IMG/VR virus record: IMGVR_UViG_3300044568_006268
Location: 1-64,000 of that record
Reading direction: 5' to 3' (one strand)
DNA length: 64,000 nucleotides
Origin: an uncultured virus (IMG/VR IMGVR_UViG_3300044568_006268)
Taxonomy: Duplodnaviria; Heunggongvirae; Uroviricota; Caudoviricetes
Below the pieces are notes generated by a model, which worked only from the letters and a program-made list of their open reading frames with translations, did not search any database and had not been told where the DNA came from. Of this stretch, positions 21,601 through 35,104 are shown one piece after another. A program made the translations under genes and the position numbers. Numbering within the stretch: position 1 is the first letter of the stretch; each line of letters opens with the position of its first letter.

Positions 21601-23162
21601 TAGTAGTTTTTATTTTTAGAAGGGATATTCCATTCTCTTCTTATTAAATTCAATTTCATCTTCACTGGTCCAGGTGATGAATAAGTATATTTTATAGTGT
21701 TGATAACGTAATATCCACTAATATGTTCGTTCTTAATCTGATCTCTAGGATCCGTGCCAGATTTTTCTTTTGTAGTAGGGTCGGCATCTCCTGAACCACT
21801 TTCACTACTTCTTCCTCCAGTAGCATCTGCACTAGGATCAGGTGCTTTATCATATCCACCATCTTCTCCTAAAGCAGTATCTCGATCTTTCATTTTTTCC
21901 ATTCTAGTAGGATCCTTAGCAGAACCTTCATATATCAAAATAGGAATTCTCATATATCGATACAAATAGAAATTCATACCAGCTAATTCAACATCGATAC
22001 TAGTTTTATTAATTTCTTGTAGATTTTGGAAATTAAGTAAACCAGAAAATATATAGCTAGGATGTACGTTATCTGCCGATTGCTTTCCTAACCACTTATA
22101 TTTTACTTGGGATTTATAAGAATCATCACCCTTACGTCCTTTAGGTAGTATTGATTCTGTTTCTGATCCAGGAGTAGTTAAAGGATCTACAAACGTACTA
22201 ATATATTCTGGTTTACCGGCACTGTCAATATCTAAGTATTGAGAATATCTCTTATATCCATTTTTAATCCAAACAGCAGCACTATTATTATTTGGTGCCC
22301 AATTTTCAATAAATACATTAGTTCCTGTTCTATCAGCTCTATTTGTTAGTACTAATGTACCTTTAATAGAATCCTTTACGTCTTGTTGATTATATCCACC
22401 ACTGGCAGGAGATGCCATACTTATATTAACGGTCTCAGTTTTATCTTCTAAATCAAATTGCTTATTGACATTAACTAAACATAAATAATAATATGGGTCA
22501 ATATACCAAGTAAAAAATGAATCATCATCTTTATAAACATTACATAAAGTGTCTTTTACGAAATGTTCGTATGTATCAAATGCACATATACGAGTCATTG
22601 AATCATCGGTTGAAGTTTCATTAGATGCAAAACCTAATTTAACGTCTTCGCATACCGTTTGTAATTGATCGAATGAATTAGCGCTAGGAAATGATTTGCA
22701 TCTTTCTGCTAAAAATCCTGGTATTTTCATTATACCTCTAAAAGAATATGATTGAGTTGCAGGACTACCGGAAATATCCATTATATCAAAATCTATTCTT
22801 ATAGGTTTTTGATTATCTTCATCTGGTGGTTTTAAATATAAAGATATAACATCTCCATCAGTAGGAGCATCTAAAGATAATTTACCTTCACTGTCATTAA
22901 TTGCTAAGTCAAGAGTAGGTATATGGCTAGTCAAATCTAACGCCATATTAGTTATTTGGTCTTGATCGAATCGTGAAGAATTTACCATAATCAAAGGCAT
23001 ATAAGCACCCCATCTCGAAGTATTCTTCGTATTTACTGCTGGATCGATGGTTTCGGCAGCTTCGTCTCTGGCTTCTTTTGATTCTGTGTCTTGTTGAGTA
23101 ATCAGATCGACTTTAATCTTTGGATCTATTATTGATACAATACTTCTTGATATAGTACTCAT
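21600..23162 (-). CDS. Baseplate hub protein (gp27-like, putative)
   Basis: C-terminal SGYYVINTIKY..LIRRE hub motif. Confidence 0.6.
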   Translation of the reverse strand: MSTISRSIVSIIDPKIKVDLITQQDTESKEARDEAAETIDPAVNTKNTSRWGAYMPLIMVNSSRFDQDQITNMALDLTSHIPTLDLAINDSEGKLSLDAPTDGDVISLYLKPPDEDNQKPIRIDFDIMDISGSPATQSYSFRGIMKIPGFLAERCKSFPSANSFDQLQTVCEDVKLGFASNETSTDDSMTRICAFDTYEHFVKDTLCNVYKDDDSFFTWYIDPYYYLCLVNVNKQFDLEDKTETVNISMASPASGGYNQQDVKDSIKGTLVLTNRADRTGTNVFIENWAPNNNSAAVWIKNGYKRYSQYLDIDSAGKPEYISTFVDPLTTPGSETESILPKGRKGDDSYKSQVKYKWLGKQSADNVHPSYIFSGLLNFQNLQEINKTSIDVELAGMNFYLYRYMRIPILIYEGSAKDPTRMEKMKDRDTALGEDGGYDKAPDPSADATGGRSSESGSGDADPTTKEKSGTDPRDQIKNEHISGYYVINTIKYTYSSPGPVKMKLNLIRREWNIPSKNKNY

Positions 23163-23719
23163 TAATTAGTTGTTTGAGTGAATTTTCCAGTTGATGACAT
23201 CGAAGGAGCAAATAAGATATTCTCTCCGTCTGTTTTATATGGTACTTCTCCATTTCTAAGGAGATTTGTTGGTTTTATTTCGGTTGCTCCATTAACTCTT
23301 TTATTTGCTATTTTTTGCAATTGAGCTATTCTAGCAATATCTTTCTGGCTAGCCTTAGTTGGATCTAAAAATAAAGCTTTTGTATCTATTATTGCCTGTG
23401 TTTGCGTTAGTTTTTCTTGTCGATAAAATTTAAGACCAGAAGCTAAAGTAGGAATTACTATAAAATCATATAATTCCATAGAAAATGGATTAGATATTTG
23501 ATTAAATTTTAAAATCATATCCACATAATCAATCGAATTATATGAATCATAAGAAATTAAATCCGGTCTACATATATGTCGATCTTCAATTAACATAACC
23601 TTAGCAATCTGTAAATTAGGATCAGAATAAGATATTTTAAAATTGTTCTCAAGAAAATCCATCACCATGATTCCCTCTCGTTTCATTTCAGATTTTAAGT
23701 CAAATAAGTGAATTTGCAT
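23162..23719 (-). CDS. Baseplate wedge gp53-like protein
   Basis: RPDLISYDSY...ILKFNQISNPF LysM-like gp53 motif. Confidence 0.7.
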   Translation of the reverse strand: MQIHLFDLKSEMKREGIMVMDFLENNFKISYSDPNLQIAKVMLIEDRHICRPDLISYDSYNSIDYVDMILKFNQISNPFSMELYDFIVIPTLASGLKFYRQEKLTQTQAIIDTKALFLDPTKASQKDIARIAQLQKIANKRVNGATEIKPTNLLRNGEVPYKTDGENILFAPSMSSTGKFTQTTN

Positions 23720-23722
23720 TTG

Positions 23723-25426
23723 TTATCTTATTGTTTTTGCTGATTGGGTAACCTGTTCTGGTGTGTGATTAGGGAATCTAGAAGTAACAAAATCATGAGG
23801 TATTTGACTAAAATCTTGAGTTTTGAGCGAATCTGCTTTAGATTGACCTCTAGGCGTTACACCACCATTCTGTCCGCCATTTCTTCTATTACCTGCATAT
23901 TTAGTTTCTTGTGAAGGAGAAGTCAAATAAGTTCTACCGTTTCTAGAAAACATACCTAATATTTCAGTTCTATCTCTAGGTCTTGCTGGTGCTAATTTAC
24001 ATGTTACTCTTACCTTTGAAGGAAAATCGTCAAAACCTAAAGCTCCATATACCTCTACGTCAGTTTCAGTCAATACTAAGTTACCAATAGATATTATTGG
24101 ATTTGCTGGGTTTCCTACCATTAGGTGCCATTCTCCAGTAGATTCTCCGGAAAGTAAAGCATTAAGTGCTTGTACACCAGGTCTACCCATTTTATCTAAA
24201 GCTCCACCTGCTATCTGAGACATTAAATTACCTCCCATAGTTTTTGCAGCATTCTTAATTCCTTCCCATGATAAACCTTTACCTCCAGAAAGACCGTTAA
24301 GTTTTCCAGAAATACCAGAAACTAGAGAATCAAAATATCCACTATAATCACCAGCTGCTAATTTATCCGGATCACCAATAGGCTTCATTTGACGAGGATT
24401 TCCTCCATAATACCTAACATCACCTCCCCAGAAAGTACCTCTATTCATCGTACATATCATTATATTTGATAGTAAATCTAACATAGCAACTCTAGGATTT
24501 ACTCCATCGATACTTCTAAGTTCATATTCAAATACGACTGTCATATCTTGCTTAAATTCTAGCCCAGTATCTCTAATTTGCATAGTTTTGATAACATCGA
24601 TAGGACCAAATACTACATTTTCATTTTCGTATGGATTGAAACTATTAGTTGCAGGATTATTTGTTCGAGCAGCAGTTGATGCAGCGGTATCTGTAATAGA
24701 CATTAAAGATTTAATCAATCCACCACCTGGAAGTCCTTCCATTGCACCGGCCTCATTACCGTATCCAGGCTGAGATTCTTTAGTTTGTAATTCTGCAGTT
24801 AATTGCTTAAAATTTAATTTATGATTCCATTTAAGACCTACACTTTCCCATTTATTAGTATCTCCATCTACCCACGTAATTAAACGTGCTATATCCGGAT
24901 TCATATTCTTTTCTTTTGAAAATAAATCATCTTCAGGAGGCAGTTTAAATCTTCTAAGAGTTACCATATAATTATTAGGAACTCTACCATAATTTCTACA
25001 CCAAAGGAAATCTTCCCATGCATATTCAACCGCATTAGATTTTCCTTCTCTACTCCAAGCTATAATATTCGAAGACGTAGGATTAGTTCGTAATTTTTGT
25101 AATGCTTCATCCTTAATACGGTTTGGTGAGTCTAAATAATCTTCTGGAGCGATAGCTACGGAATTCTGTTGATTAACAAAGAAAATCGAGTATCTGTTAA
25201 AAATAGCAGGCTTTCCTTTTTTATCGTAAGTTAGGTATTTTTTACCTGTACCTTTACCGTCTTTACCCTTTATTTCTACACTAGATGGACCAGGAAAATC
25301 TTGGTCTTCAGTAGTGTAATATGTACCAATTCTCATTCCAGTGTTTGGCGGTTTTGGTGGTTCGTTTTCTGGACCGATAGCATTATTGGTATTGCCTGAC
25401 AGAATTGACGGTATGGGTGCAGCCAT
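23723..25426 (-). CDS. Tail tube/baseplate junction protein (putative)
   Basis: 567 aa, first gene of the structural operon, preceded by the GATATATAA motif. Confidence 0.5.
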   Translation of the reverse strand: MAAPIPSILSGNTNNAIGPENEPPKPPNTGMRIGTYYTTEDQDFPGPSSVEIKGKDGKGTGKKYLTYDKKGKPAIFNRYSIFFVNQQNSVAIAPEDYLDSPNRIKDEALQKLRTNPTSSNIIAWSREGKSNAVEYAWEDFLWCRNYGRVPNNYMVTLRRFKLPPEDDLFSKEKNMNPDIARLITWVDGDTNKWESVGLKWNHKLNFKQLTAELQTKESQPGYGNEAGAMEGLPGGGLIKSLMSITDTAASTAARTNNPATNSFNPYENENVVFGPIDVIKTMQIRDTGLEFKQDMTVVFEYELRSIDGVNPRVAMLDLLSNIMICTMNRGTFWGGDVRYYGGNPRQMKPIGDPDKLAAGDYSGYFDSLVSGISGKLNGLSGGKGLSWEGIKNAAKTMGGNLMSQIAGGALDKMGRPGVQALNALLSGESTGEWHLMVGNPANPIISIGNLVLTETDVEVYGALGFDDFPSKVRVTCKLAPARPRDRTEILGMFSRNGRTYLTSPSQETKYAGNRRNGGQNGGVTPRGQSKADSLKTQDFSQIPHDFVTSRFPNHTPEQVTQSAKTIR

Positions 25427-25453
25427 GGTATAAAAGACTATTTTATTATATAT

Positions 25454-26005
25454 CTACCCTATATTCTCGATGAATTTTTTAGCTTCATCCGAGGTTGCGA
25501 ATAAGTCAGAAAATGCTCGTTCGATTCTAATCGAATATTCTGCAGTAGAGTTTAATTTTAAAGGTCCATCATAAGGAGTTCTGAGAACTATTTTACGAAT
25601 TGCCCTTAATTTTTGAAGTAAGAGATATTCACCTATTCGATTAAATAATTCCATCATCTCATTTTTTGTTTTCACAACTAAATTTGATTCGATGCAAAAT
25701 CGATATTTAGAAGATTCCCCTAACCAATTCTCCATTTCAGTAATGGTCTTAATTTCTTTTGGTATTTGTATCGGTTTTGGTTTTCCTTTATAATTAGTAA
25801 GGAAAGATTTCCCTATAAAATTAGATTTAAGGAAATGAATATTATCATAGAATTTGATAATTCGTATAGAATATACTGGGATGTTTTCTTCGAAGTAAAC
25901 TTCTTCAATAATTCCTTTTATAGGAATCATTACTTCTGGGTCGTAAGTTGAAGTTAATAATGCATGGCAAATACTTCTTTTATCAAGGATTTGGGTTTTT
26001 ATCAT
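25454..26005 (-). CDS. Hypothetical protein
   Basis: ORF; likely ATG at 26005 (MIKTQILD). Confidence 0.6.
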   Translation of the reverse strand: MIKTQILDKRSICHALLTSTYDPEVMIPIKGIIEEVYFEENIPVYSIRIIKFYDNIHFLKSNFIGKSFLTNYKGKPKPIQIPKEIKTITEMENWLGESSKYRFCIESNLVVKTKNEMMELFNRIGEYLLLQKLRAIRKIVLRTPYDGPLKLNSTAEYSIRIERAFSDLFATSDEAKKFIENIG

Positions 26006-26387
26006 ATTCGATTTGTGTTGCGGAATCAAATTCCGATAAGAGCAATTCGTCTTCTATATTTGTATCTATCAACAGATGATAGTATACTGGAACGTAACAC
26101 CCTACAAAAAATCCTTTTAATCGATCGATGAATTCTGCGTCTATACTTTCACTAAGCATATAAACAAAATCTGTTTTTCTACACAATCTAAATTTGTTTA
26201 GTTTTTTAACTATTTGAAAATTCACTATATCATCAGACGGCGGTATTTTAGAAGAATCATTGTTGGTCAGTTTTTGGTGTATTTCATAAAAATTAATTAC
26301 ATCGGAATTTTTCTTCCTTACAAAACTGCGCTCAAATGAATCTCTACCACATTTAACAATAAAAACATTTTTAGACATTATTGGCAT
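25983..26387 (-). CDS. Hypothetical protein
   Basis: 134 aa ORF in operon. Confidence 0.6.
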   Translation of the reverse strand: MPIMSKNVFIVKCGRDSFERSFVRKKNSDVINFYEIHQKLTNNDSSKIPPSDDIVNFQIVKKLNKFRLCRKTDFVYMLSESIDAEFIDRLKGFFVGCYVPVYYHLLIDTNIEDELLLSEFDSATQIEYDKNPNP

Positions 26388-26721
26388 TTTCTATTAAGAC
26401 CTTTTTTAGAACTTTTAGATTTTTAATCTCTGAATTTAGCTCTTTGATTCTATCATCTATTTCTTCTACTTTAGGTTGATATTTTTCTCCCCAATCAACA
26501 TAAAAATCAATTTGCTCAGCATCAAAATCCGAACCCAATTCCAACCCTAAATCGTTTGAAATATCTTGAAGCAAATCAATGATATCATCGAATGAATTAG
26601 GATTAGTTTCGTTGTCGGTCTTATAAACTTTAAGCTCTTCAGTTTTTTCTTGATTAGATCGAGTATCTGTTACGGTTCGGATTACTCCGTTTGACGAATT
26701 AATTAACTCAATTTTTATCAT
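26371..26721 (-). CDS. Hypothetical protein
   Basis: 116 aa, C-terminal coiled coil. Confidence 0.6.
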   Translation of the reverse strand: MIKIELINSSNGVIRTVTDTRSNQEKTEELKVYKTDNETNPNSFDDIIDLLQDISNDLGLELGSDFDAEQIDFYVDWGEKYQPKVEEIDDRIKELNSEIKNLKVLKKVLIENANNV

Positions 26722-26732
26722 GGAATTTACAT

Positions 26733-27062
26733 TTAAGCTTTTTGAGCCTTTTTAATTTCGGCTAATTTGAGTGGTTTTTCAGATGAGCCCCAAACTTTTA
26801 TAGTTTTAACCCAATCTTCTATATACTCATCAATTTCTTCTGAAGTCTTACCGTCAGCTTTCATTGCTTGTATAATTTTAGTTTGTTTATCTTCATAATA
26901 AGCTTCTTCAGATTCAGCAACCGCTGATGCCATAGCATTATTAAGTTTTGCTCCTCTTTCAATAACACCAGACTTATATTCAGCGTATTTGGCAGGATCA
27001 GTTTTCTTTAACATTTTCTCATATGCTCTTCTTTGAGCACGTGATTGTGACATACCTTTCAT
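26733..27062 (-). CDS. Hypothetical protein
   Basis: 109 aa, SRAQRR N-terminal motif. Confidence 0.6.
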   Translation of the reverse strand: MKGMSQSRAQRRAYEKMLKKTDPAKYAEYKSGVIERGAKLNNAMASAVAESEEAYYEDKQTKIIQAMKADGKTSEEIDEYIEDWVKTIKVWGSSEKPLKLAEIKKAQKA

Positions 27063-27265
27063 TTTTTGTCGGGTTTAGCGTTAGTTTTCTTTGTTGTTAT
27101 TTTATATATCAGTGGTGGAAGTTCCTCTCCGTCAGTCTCACATAATTTGTAATACTTAATCATCGAAGTTAAACTGTTTCGGAATTCTTCCAATTCTAAA
27201 AGTGAATCGAATTCTATTTGAAAATTTTTGTCGGCATAGGGATTATCGACTAGTCGGCTTTTCAT
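27059..27265 (-). CDS. Hypothetical protein
   Basis: 68 aa, ATGA overlap. Confidence 0.55.
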   Translation of the reverse strand: MKSRLVDNPYADKNFQIEFDSLLELEEFRNSLTSMIKYYKLCETDGEELPPLIYKITTKKTNAKPDKK

Positions 27266-27827
27266 TTTTTATGTCATCTTTTTCGACCTCTTCTTCAAAA
27301 TACGAAGAGATTTTTTCCTTAATTGAAGTTTTGACTGCTTCAGTTATGGATTCTATGTTTATTTTTTCGGTAGAAGACTTTATGATTTCATCGATGACTT
27401 CTTCTCTATCAAACATCAGATCTAATAATTCAAGTACTTTCTTTGTTGGTATTTCAAAATCGAAATCTACTAAAAGGGTGACTGTTTCTTTTTTCTTTTG
27501 TTTGTCGAGTATGATTTTTATAGGGTTCTGTTCTACTACCTGTGCAATATGTTGTGCTGGCTGAGGTTCGTTTCCTAAAAGTTTTTCCATTTCTATGAAA
27601 TGGTCTACGGTTTTTGGAGATTCGATCTCGGGTTGTTGACTGTTTTTATAATTGAAAGTTTCTTCGTCAATTTCCTTCAATAGATTTTGAATGTCCGAAG
27701 TAGGCACGACTCTTCCACTTTCAAAATATGTATTATTACTTTCGTCTTCTGCTAAATAAGTTTCAACTCTTCCTAAACGTGAAGTTGAAATCCATTCATA
27801 TCTTTTTTTAACTTCTCCTGGTTCCAT
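27243..27827 (-). CDS. Hypothetical protein
   Basis: 194 aa acidic ORF. Confidence 0.6.
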   Translation of the reverse strand: MEPGEVKKRYEWISTSRLGRVETYLAEDESNNTYFESGRVVPTSDIQNLLKEIDEETFNYKNSQQPEIESPKTVDHFIEMEKLLGNEPQPAQHIAQVVEQNPIKIILDKQKKKETVTLLVDFDFEIPTKKVLELLDLMFDREEVIDEIIKSSTEKINIESITEAVKTSIKEKISSYFEEEVEKDDIKNEKPTSR

Positions 27828-27894
27828 AAAATTAGTTCTATTTAATTTTTATTTTATGAACTAAATATAAAACTGTTTCTATCATAAATTCTGA

Positions 27895-30854
<2,960 letters not shown>

Positions 30855-30855
<1 letters not shown>

Positions 30856-31400
30856 TATATAATGCTATTAATTTGTAGATCTACTCTAGGGTTATATTTA
30901 GTAATGTTGCTCTCAACATATTTTTCATCAACATAGCATGGATCCATATAAGAATTAAGTCTAACTGTTATAGTACTATTAATATTTCTTGAGTAATTAT
31001 TGAATAAAGTATTTAATAGGTTTTCATATCTAATCACTTCGCTATCTCGAAATTCCTTTCGAAAAGAATCGTATTGTATACTTTTTACGAAATATCGATT
31101 TTCACTAATGTTGTAGAACTTGTAATTATTGATAAAACCGATATTTTGATTTTCTAATTCGAGGTTTTCGATAATAGGGAAATCTCCAGCCGAACATAGA
31201 TATTTAGGCGAATTTAAAATACTAGCAAAAAAAGATGTAAAACTTTCTATTGTATTGAAATTTCTATATCGATGACCTTTCTTACCAACATCCCTAATTA
31301 AAAAACGAACTTTAATACTTTTGATTTTAATTCCTCGTTTTTGTAGATCTACGACAAAGTCGTTATTTCTTTTGATTAATAATCCGTCCACGTAGTACAC
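30855..31400 (-). CDS. Hypothetical protein
   Basis: 181 aa, GTG start, coupled to fibre A. Confidence 0.55.
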
Positions 31401-31419
31401 TTTATTTTATATATCCTAC

Positions 31420-31443
31420 AAAAAAAGCTTCCAAGCGGAAGCT
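31420..31443 (-). terminator. Intrinsic terminator
   Basis: AGCTTCC-GCTT-GGAAGCT followed by a T run on the minus strand after ndk. Confidence 0.75.
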
Positions 31444-31470
31444 AATGAATATCTAAAACGATAGATTATT

Positions 31471-31899
31471 TTATTGAATTCTTTTAGTTTTGTCTATTAA
31501 TTCAGGAAAAAAGAAGGACACTTCAGTAAGTGCATTTTCATCTGAATCAGAACCATGTATTGCATTCGAGGCTATAGACGAGCCATACATACTACGGATA
31601 GTTCCTGGATTAGCTAATTTAGGGTCAGTATCACCTATCAAAGTTCTAAAATCTTCGATTGCATTTGTTTTTTGTAGTGCAATTGCAACAATCGGTCCAG
31701 AAGTCATGAATTTTATTAGGTCATCGTAGAAATCCTTAGATTTATGAACTGAATAAAATTCCGCAGCTTTATCAGGAGTCAGCATAGTAACTTTCATTCC
31801 TACGGTTTTGAAACCTTCAAAGCTAATTCGTTGTATTAATTGATCTGCCGATGCAAATACATCCGGCTTAATCATGGTCAATGTGTATGTTCCTATCAT
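31471..31899 (-). CDS. ndk: Nucleoside diphosphate kinase
   Basis: MIKPD, FMTSGP, PGTIR, NAIHGSDS motifs. Confidence 0.97.
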   Translation of the reverse strand: MIGTYTLTMIKPDVFASADQLIQRISFEGFKTVGMKVTMLTPDKAAEFYSVHKSKDFYDDLIKFMTSGPIVAIALQKTNAIEDFRTLIGDTDPKLANPGTIRSMYGSSIASNAIHGSDSDENALTEVSFFFPELIDKTKRIQ

Positions 31900-31902
31900 G
31901 AA

Positions 31903-32394
31903 TTATTTATCTTCGGAAAGATAAATCTTGCTGTACCAATCGAGTTTTAATTTTTCAATGTTACCATATTTGATTCCACATTCGTCAAAGATGTGAAGAT
32001 GTCCTTGTTCTCGGTAATCTTCTATCCAATAAACATATTTGAATCCCGAATTAACTAAGATTTTTGTACACATCTTACATGGAGAAAGAGTTAAGAGGAT
32101 GATGTAATTCTTTGGATCGAATTCTCGGAACTTAGCAATCATATTAACTTCGGCATGAATGAATCCGCTTTCACCTGGAATTAGGGAATCCTCTTCAGTT
32201 CCTGTTACTTCATTTATTGGTGCACCTTTGTAGGAGCCATTATAGCCAAAAGAAGCTATTTTTGTAAAGTTTTTGTGCAATGCCATACATGCAACTTTTT
32301 TAGTTGATGCATTAGATAATGTAGCTATTTGCTGAATCATACCAGCAAAGGTATCAATTTTAAAGTCTATTCTTTCTTGTGTCATTATTTCCAA
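31903..32394 (-). CDS. dCMP deaminase family protein
   Basis: GYNG, HAE, SPCKMC zinc deaminase motifs. Confidence 0.88.
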   Translation of the reverse strand: MEIMTQERIDFKIDTFAGMIQQIATLSNASTKKVACMALHKNFTKIASFGYNGSYKGAPINEVTGTEEDSLIPGESGFIHAEVNMIAKFREFDPKNYIILLTLSPCKMCTKILVNSGFKYVYWIEDYREQGHLHIFDECGIKYGNIEKLKLDWYSKIYLSEDK

Positions 32395-32978
32395 TCTGAA
32401 TTTACGAGTCGAGTCTTAATACTAATTCCTTTTATTTCTTTGCCTAAAGCATCGGCAATCTTAATGTTTTCTCTATCATCGTCATAGAAAATAAAATCTC
32501 TAAAACCTATTTTAATAAGTTCCATAAAAGCTTGTTTCTTTCTATCGGCAATTGAACCATCAAATCCATTGTTAGGATCAGAAACTGCAAAGATATATTT
32601 CGGATTGACGTCTACTCCATGATGAGATAGGAATTGATAAATTAAATCTTTGTCGTCTCTAGCAGTAATGATACCTACACGCCTTCCTCTTTGCATTGTT
32701 TTCTTAAGTACATTGAAAACTCGTTCTATTAACTTACCGGCTTTTAAGATTTCTAAATTTTTAAAATCGGAAAAATCCATTTCATGATGAGCGTGCTTTT
32801 CAAATTCATTGAATTCTGCAGGTGACAAGGTAAAAGTTTCACCGGTTTGACTATCATTAACTTTGATTTGTGAATTGGTAATTACCAATGTATCATCAAC
32901 GTCAAATATAGTAATCGCTTCGAATTTTTCTTTACGAGTCGGATCTACAAAATCCTGATATTTTAAAAATTTATTCAT
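32385..32978 (-). CDS. HAD-superfamily phosphatase with leader peptide
   Basis: FDVDDTL motif I, ITAR motif II, K, FYDDD motif IV. Confidence 0.8.
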   Translation of the reverse strand: MNKFLKYQDFVDPTRKEKFEAITIFDVDDTLVITNSQIKVNDSQTGETFTLSPAEFNEFEKHAHHEMDFSDFKNLEILKAGKLIERVFNVLKKTMQRGRRVGIITARDDKDLIYQFLSHHGVDVNPKYIFAVSDPNNGFDGSIADRKKQAFMELIKIGFRDFIFYDDDRENIKIADALGKEIKGISIKTRLVNSDWK

Positions 32979-33000
32979 AAGTGTTCATTTAGTTATAAGA

Positions 33001-33057
33001 CAAATATAACAAAAAAGCTCAACATAATGAAATATTGAGCTTAAAAGTTATTAACAA
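33001..33057 (-). promoter_or_regulatory. Promoter unit: GTTAWTAAC palindrome + terminator hairpin + TATATTTG -7 box
   Basis: One of 8 similar units (others start at 36721, 45386, 49477, 50562, 52249, 57481, 63445). Confidence 0.75.
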
Positions 33058-33065
33058 TTTATTAT

Positions 33066-33599
33066 TTAGTAATCGTTTTCGAAATCAGCTTCGGTCATGT
33101 TGTCATTAACCCATTTTTCTAATTTCTTAGCATCTTTAGTAAGACAAGCAACATGTTGGAAAGATGAATATTCATCACCTTCTTCCCATACTGCAACATC
33201 CACGTTTATATCTTTAATGTTGTAGATATAACCTGATAAATTAGAACCACCAAAAGGAGCTTCTCCACCAATACCTTTAAGTTCTTTAATGTTAAGATCC
33301 TTTTCTTCTACTCTGTGAGCTAATCCATAATATAAAGCTACTACGAATCGATAATCATCGTCTTCTGACATTGCATAAGTAACCGAATTGATATTTCCTT
33401 TCAATTGTTTAGCGATAGTTTCGAAGTTAGTTTTCATCTTAGCCAGCATATCATCATCTACCTCACCAGTTTCTTGTTGCATTTTAATCTGTGATGCTAA
33501 AGTAGTCTTAGTTTCAAAAGGGAATCCTGTATTATAATCGTATTTTTCGTTAATAAAATTCTCATTAACGAATTCTTGAAATGTTTGTAAATTTTTCAT
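33066..33599 (-). CDS. Putative capsid-internal protein (MKNLQTFQEFVNE leader)
   Basis: T4 CTS-like N-terminus. Confidence 0.65.
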   Translation of the reverse strand: MKNLQTFQEFVNENFINEKYDYNTGFPFETKTTLASQIKMQQETGEVDDDMLAKMKTNFETIAKQLKGNINSVTYAMSEDDDYRFVVALYYGLAHRVEEKDLNIKELKGIGGEAPFGGSNLSGYIYNIKDINVDVAVWEEGDEYSSFQHVACLTKDAKKLEKWVNDNMTEADFENDY

Positions 33600-33611
33600 T
33601 TGTTTATTTGT

Positions 33612-34115
33612 TTAATATCTGTCGTCTTCTTCCCATTCATCATCGCTTCCATAATCATCGTCATCATCATATTCTTCTTCTTGGTACCATGATTGGTTAG
33701 GGTCGTTGTCAGGTTGTTCTGTAAAATCGTGACGATCTGCGTTAAAACGTCTTGGATCTTCTACTAAAGCAGGAAAAAGCACTTTACCACCTTTTACTCT
33801 AGTTTTTGCATGACCAAAAGCTAAATCAATACCTACGTTTCTTAATTCTTTACCAGGTTTTTTATCAGATTCGGTATAACCATTCATTTGGGCTAATAAC
33901 TCATAATAGTCTTTACCTCCAAATACTCCGTAACCTTCGTAACTATTTTCTTCGTATCTAGTACCTTTATCATCAAACATGTAAACGGTAATAGTATTTT
34001 GTCTTTCTGAACCAATTTGTCTTCCAGAATCTTGGGTCATCCATGAAAATTGACCTTCATTTAAAGGTTTAGAATTTTCATTAACAAACTCGCTGAAGGT
34101 TTTTAAATTTTTCAT
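33612..34115 (-). CDS. Putative capsid-internal protein (MKNLKTFSEFVNE leader)
   Basis: Leader + YEGYGVFGGKDYYELL domain + acidic tail. Confidence 0.65.
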   Translation of the reverse strand: MKNLKTFSEFVNENSKPLNEGQFSWMTQDSGRQIGSERQNTITVYMFDDKGTRYEENSYEGYGVFGGKDYYELLAQMNGYTESDKKPGKELRNVGIDLAFGHAKTRVKGGKVLFPALVEDPRRFNADRHDFTEQPDNDPNQSWYQEEEYDDDDDYGSDDEWEEDDRY

Positions 34116-34116
34116 A

Positions 34117-34509
34117 TTATTTACCTAATCCTGAAGTTATTTTACCAACTGCAGCACCCCAATCGTCACCTTTAACGTCTTTAGAAATACCAGCAATTAC
34201 TTTGTCAGCAATTTTTTGATCGTATTTATCTCCGTGAGCTTTTTTCAAAAGCGTTTCTGCGTATTCTTTAAAGTCTTTTTCGTTTTTAATGTCAGCTTCA
34301 TTTACTTTACCTTCATTAACTATCGAAATACTTTTTATGTAATCGAAAAATTCCGCAGATTGCTCTTCATTTAATTCGATAGGTGAAGTAACACCAAATT
34401 GTTTAAGTTTGTTTTCGTATAGTTCATTGAACTTATGTGCTTGGTCTTCTTTAGTTTTTGCAACTTTTTGAAGTTTCTGCTCATTAACGAATTCTGAAAA
34501 TTTTTGCAT
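34117..34509 (-). CDS. Putative capsid-internal protein (MQKFSEFVNE leader)
   Basis: Leader and repeated VNE sites. Confidence 0.6.
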   Translation of the reverse strand: MQKFSEFVNEQKLQKVAKTKEDQAHKFNELYENKLKQFGVTSPIELNEEQSAEFFDYIKSISIVNEGKVNEADIKNEKDFKEYAETLLKKAHGDKYDQKIADKVIAGISKDVKGDDWGAAVGKITSGLGK

Positions 34510-34528
34510 TGTTTTATGTTTGTTTATT

Positions 34529-35071
34529 TTATCCGAAATATTCGTTTTCGAAGTATAACAACTCGAAGTTGTTTTCTGGGTTTATTAATTGTAGTGCATT
34601 TAAGAATCCTGCATACTCAGCAGTAGAAGATGTATTTTGCTTAACATAGTCTTGTAAGAATACGAAAGTAGCCATATCATTTAATCCAAAAATAGTTTTA
34701 GAATTTTCAGAATATGATTGAAGTAAACCATATTCCATGTCGTAAGCTTTTACGATGATGTCAGCCAAATTGTCGAAATTCATATCAGTCGTAACTGTAG
34801 GAATTGTAGGTTTAACATCCCAATCGGTCATATATTTTTGTAGACCTTGAGCATGAATTAGTTCATCTGTAGCTTCATTGTCAAAGAAAACAGCAGCTTT
34901 CTTATATTCCATGTTGTGGCACCAGTTAGCAGCACTACGATAGAAATAATGAGCAGTATATTCATCACCTATTCGTTGATTGATAAGTTTAACAACTTCA
35001 CTCCTAAGAGTATTAGGCTTTTTAACGATAGTTGGATCTACCGATTTAATTGATTCGTTTATGATATTCAT
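34529..35071 (-). CDS. Ferritin-like protein
   Basis: E..A..Y, DE..H, E helix pattern of non-heme ferritin. Confidence 0.85.
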   Translation of the reverse strand: MNIINESIKSVDPTIVKKPNTLRSEVVKLINQRIGDEYTAHYFYRSAANWCHNMEYKKAAVFFDNEATDELIHAQGLQKYMTDWDVKPTIPTVTTDMNFDNLADIIVKAYDMEYGLLQSYSENSKTIFGLNDMATFVFLQDYVKQNTSSTAEYAGFLNALQLINPENNFELLYFENEYFG

Positions 35072-35104
35072 ATAATAGTTTTAGTTCTTTTATATATCCA
35101 ACAA

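Noticed and set aside
1435..25951. Short plus-strand ORFs within the structural operon
   Set aside because: All lie antisense to long minus-strand genes and have no recognisable motifs.
31903..32394. Deaminase as a TadA for tRNA-Leu(AAG)
   Set aside because: KVAC/GYNG/SPC pattern and position beside ndk fit dCMP deaminase better.
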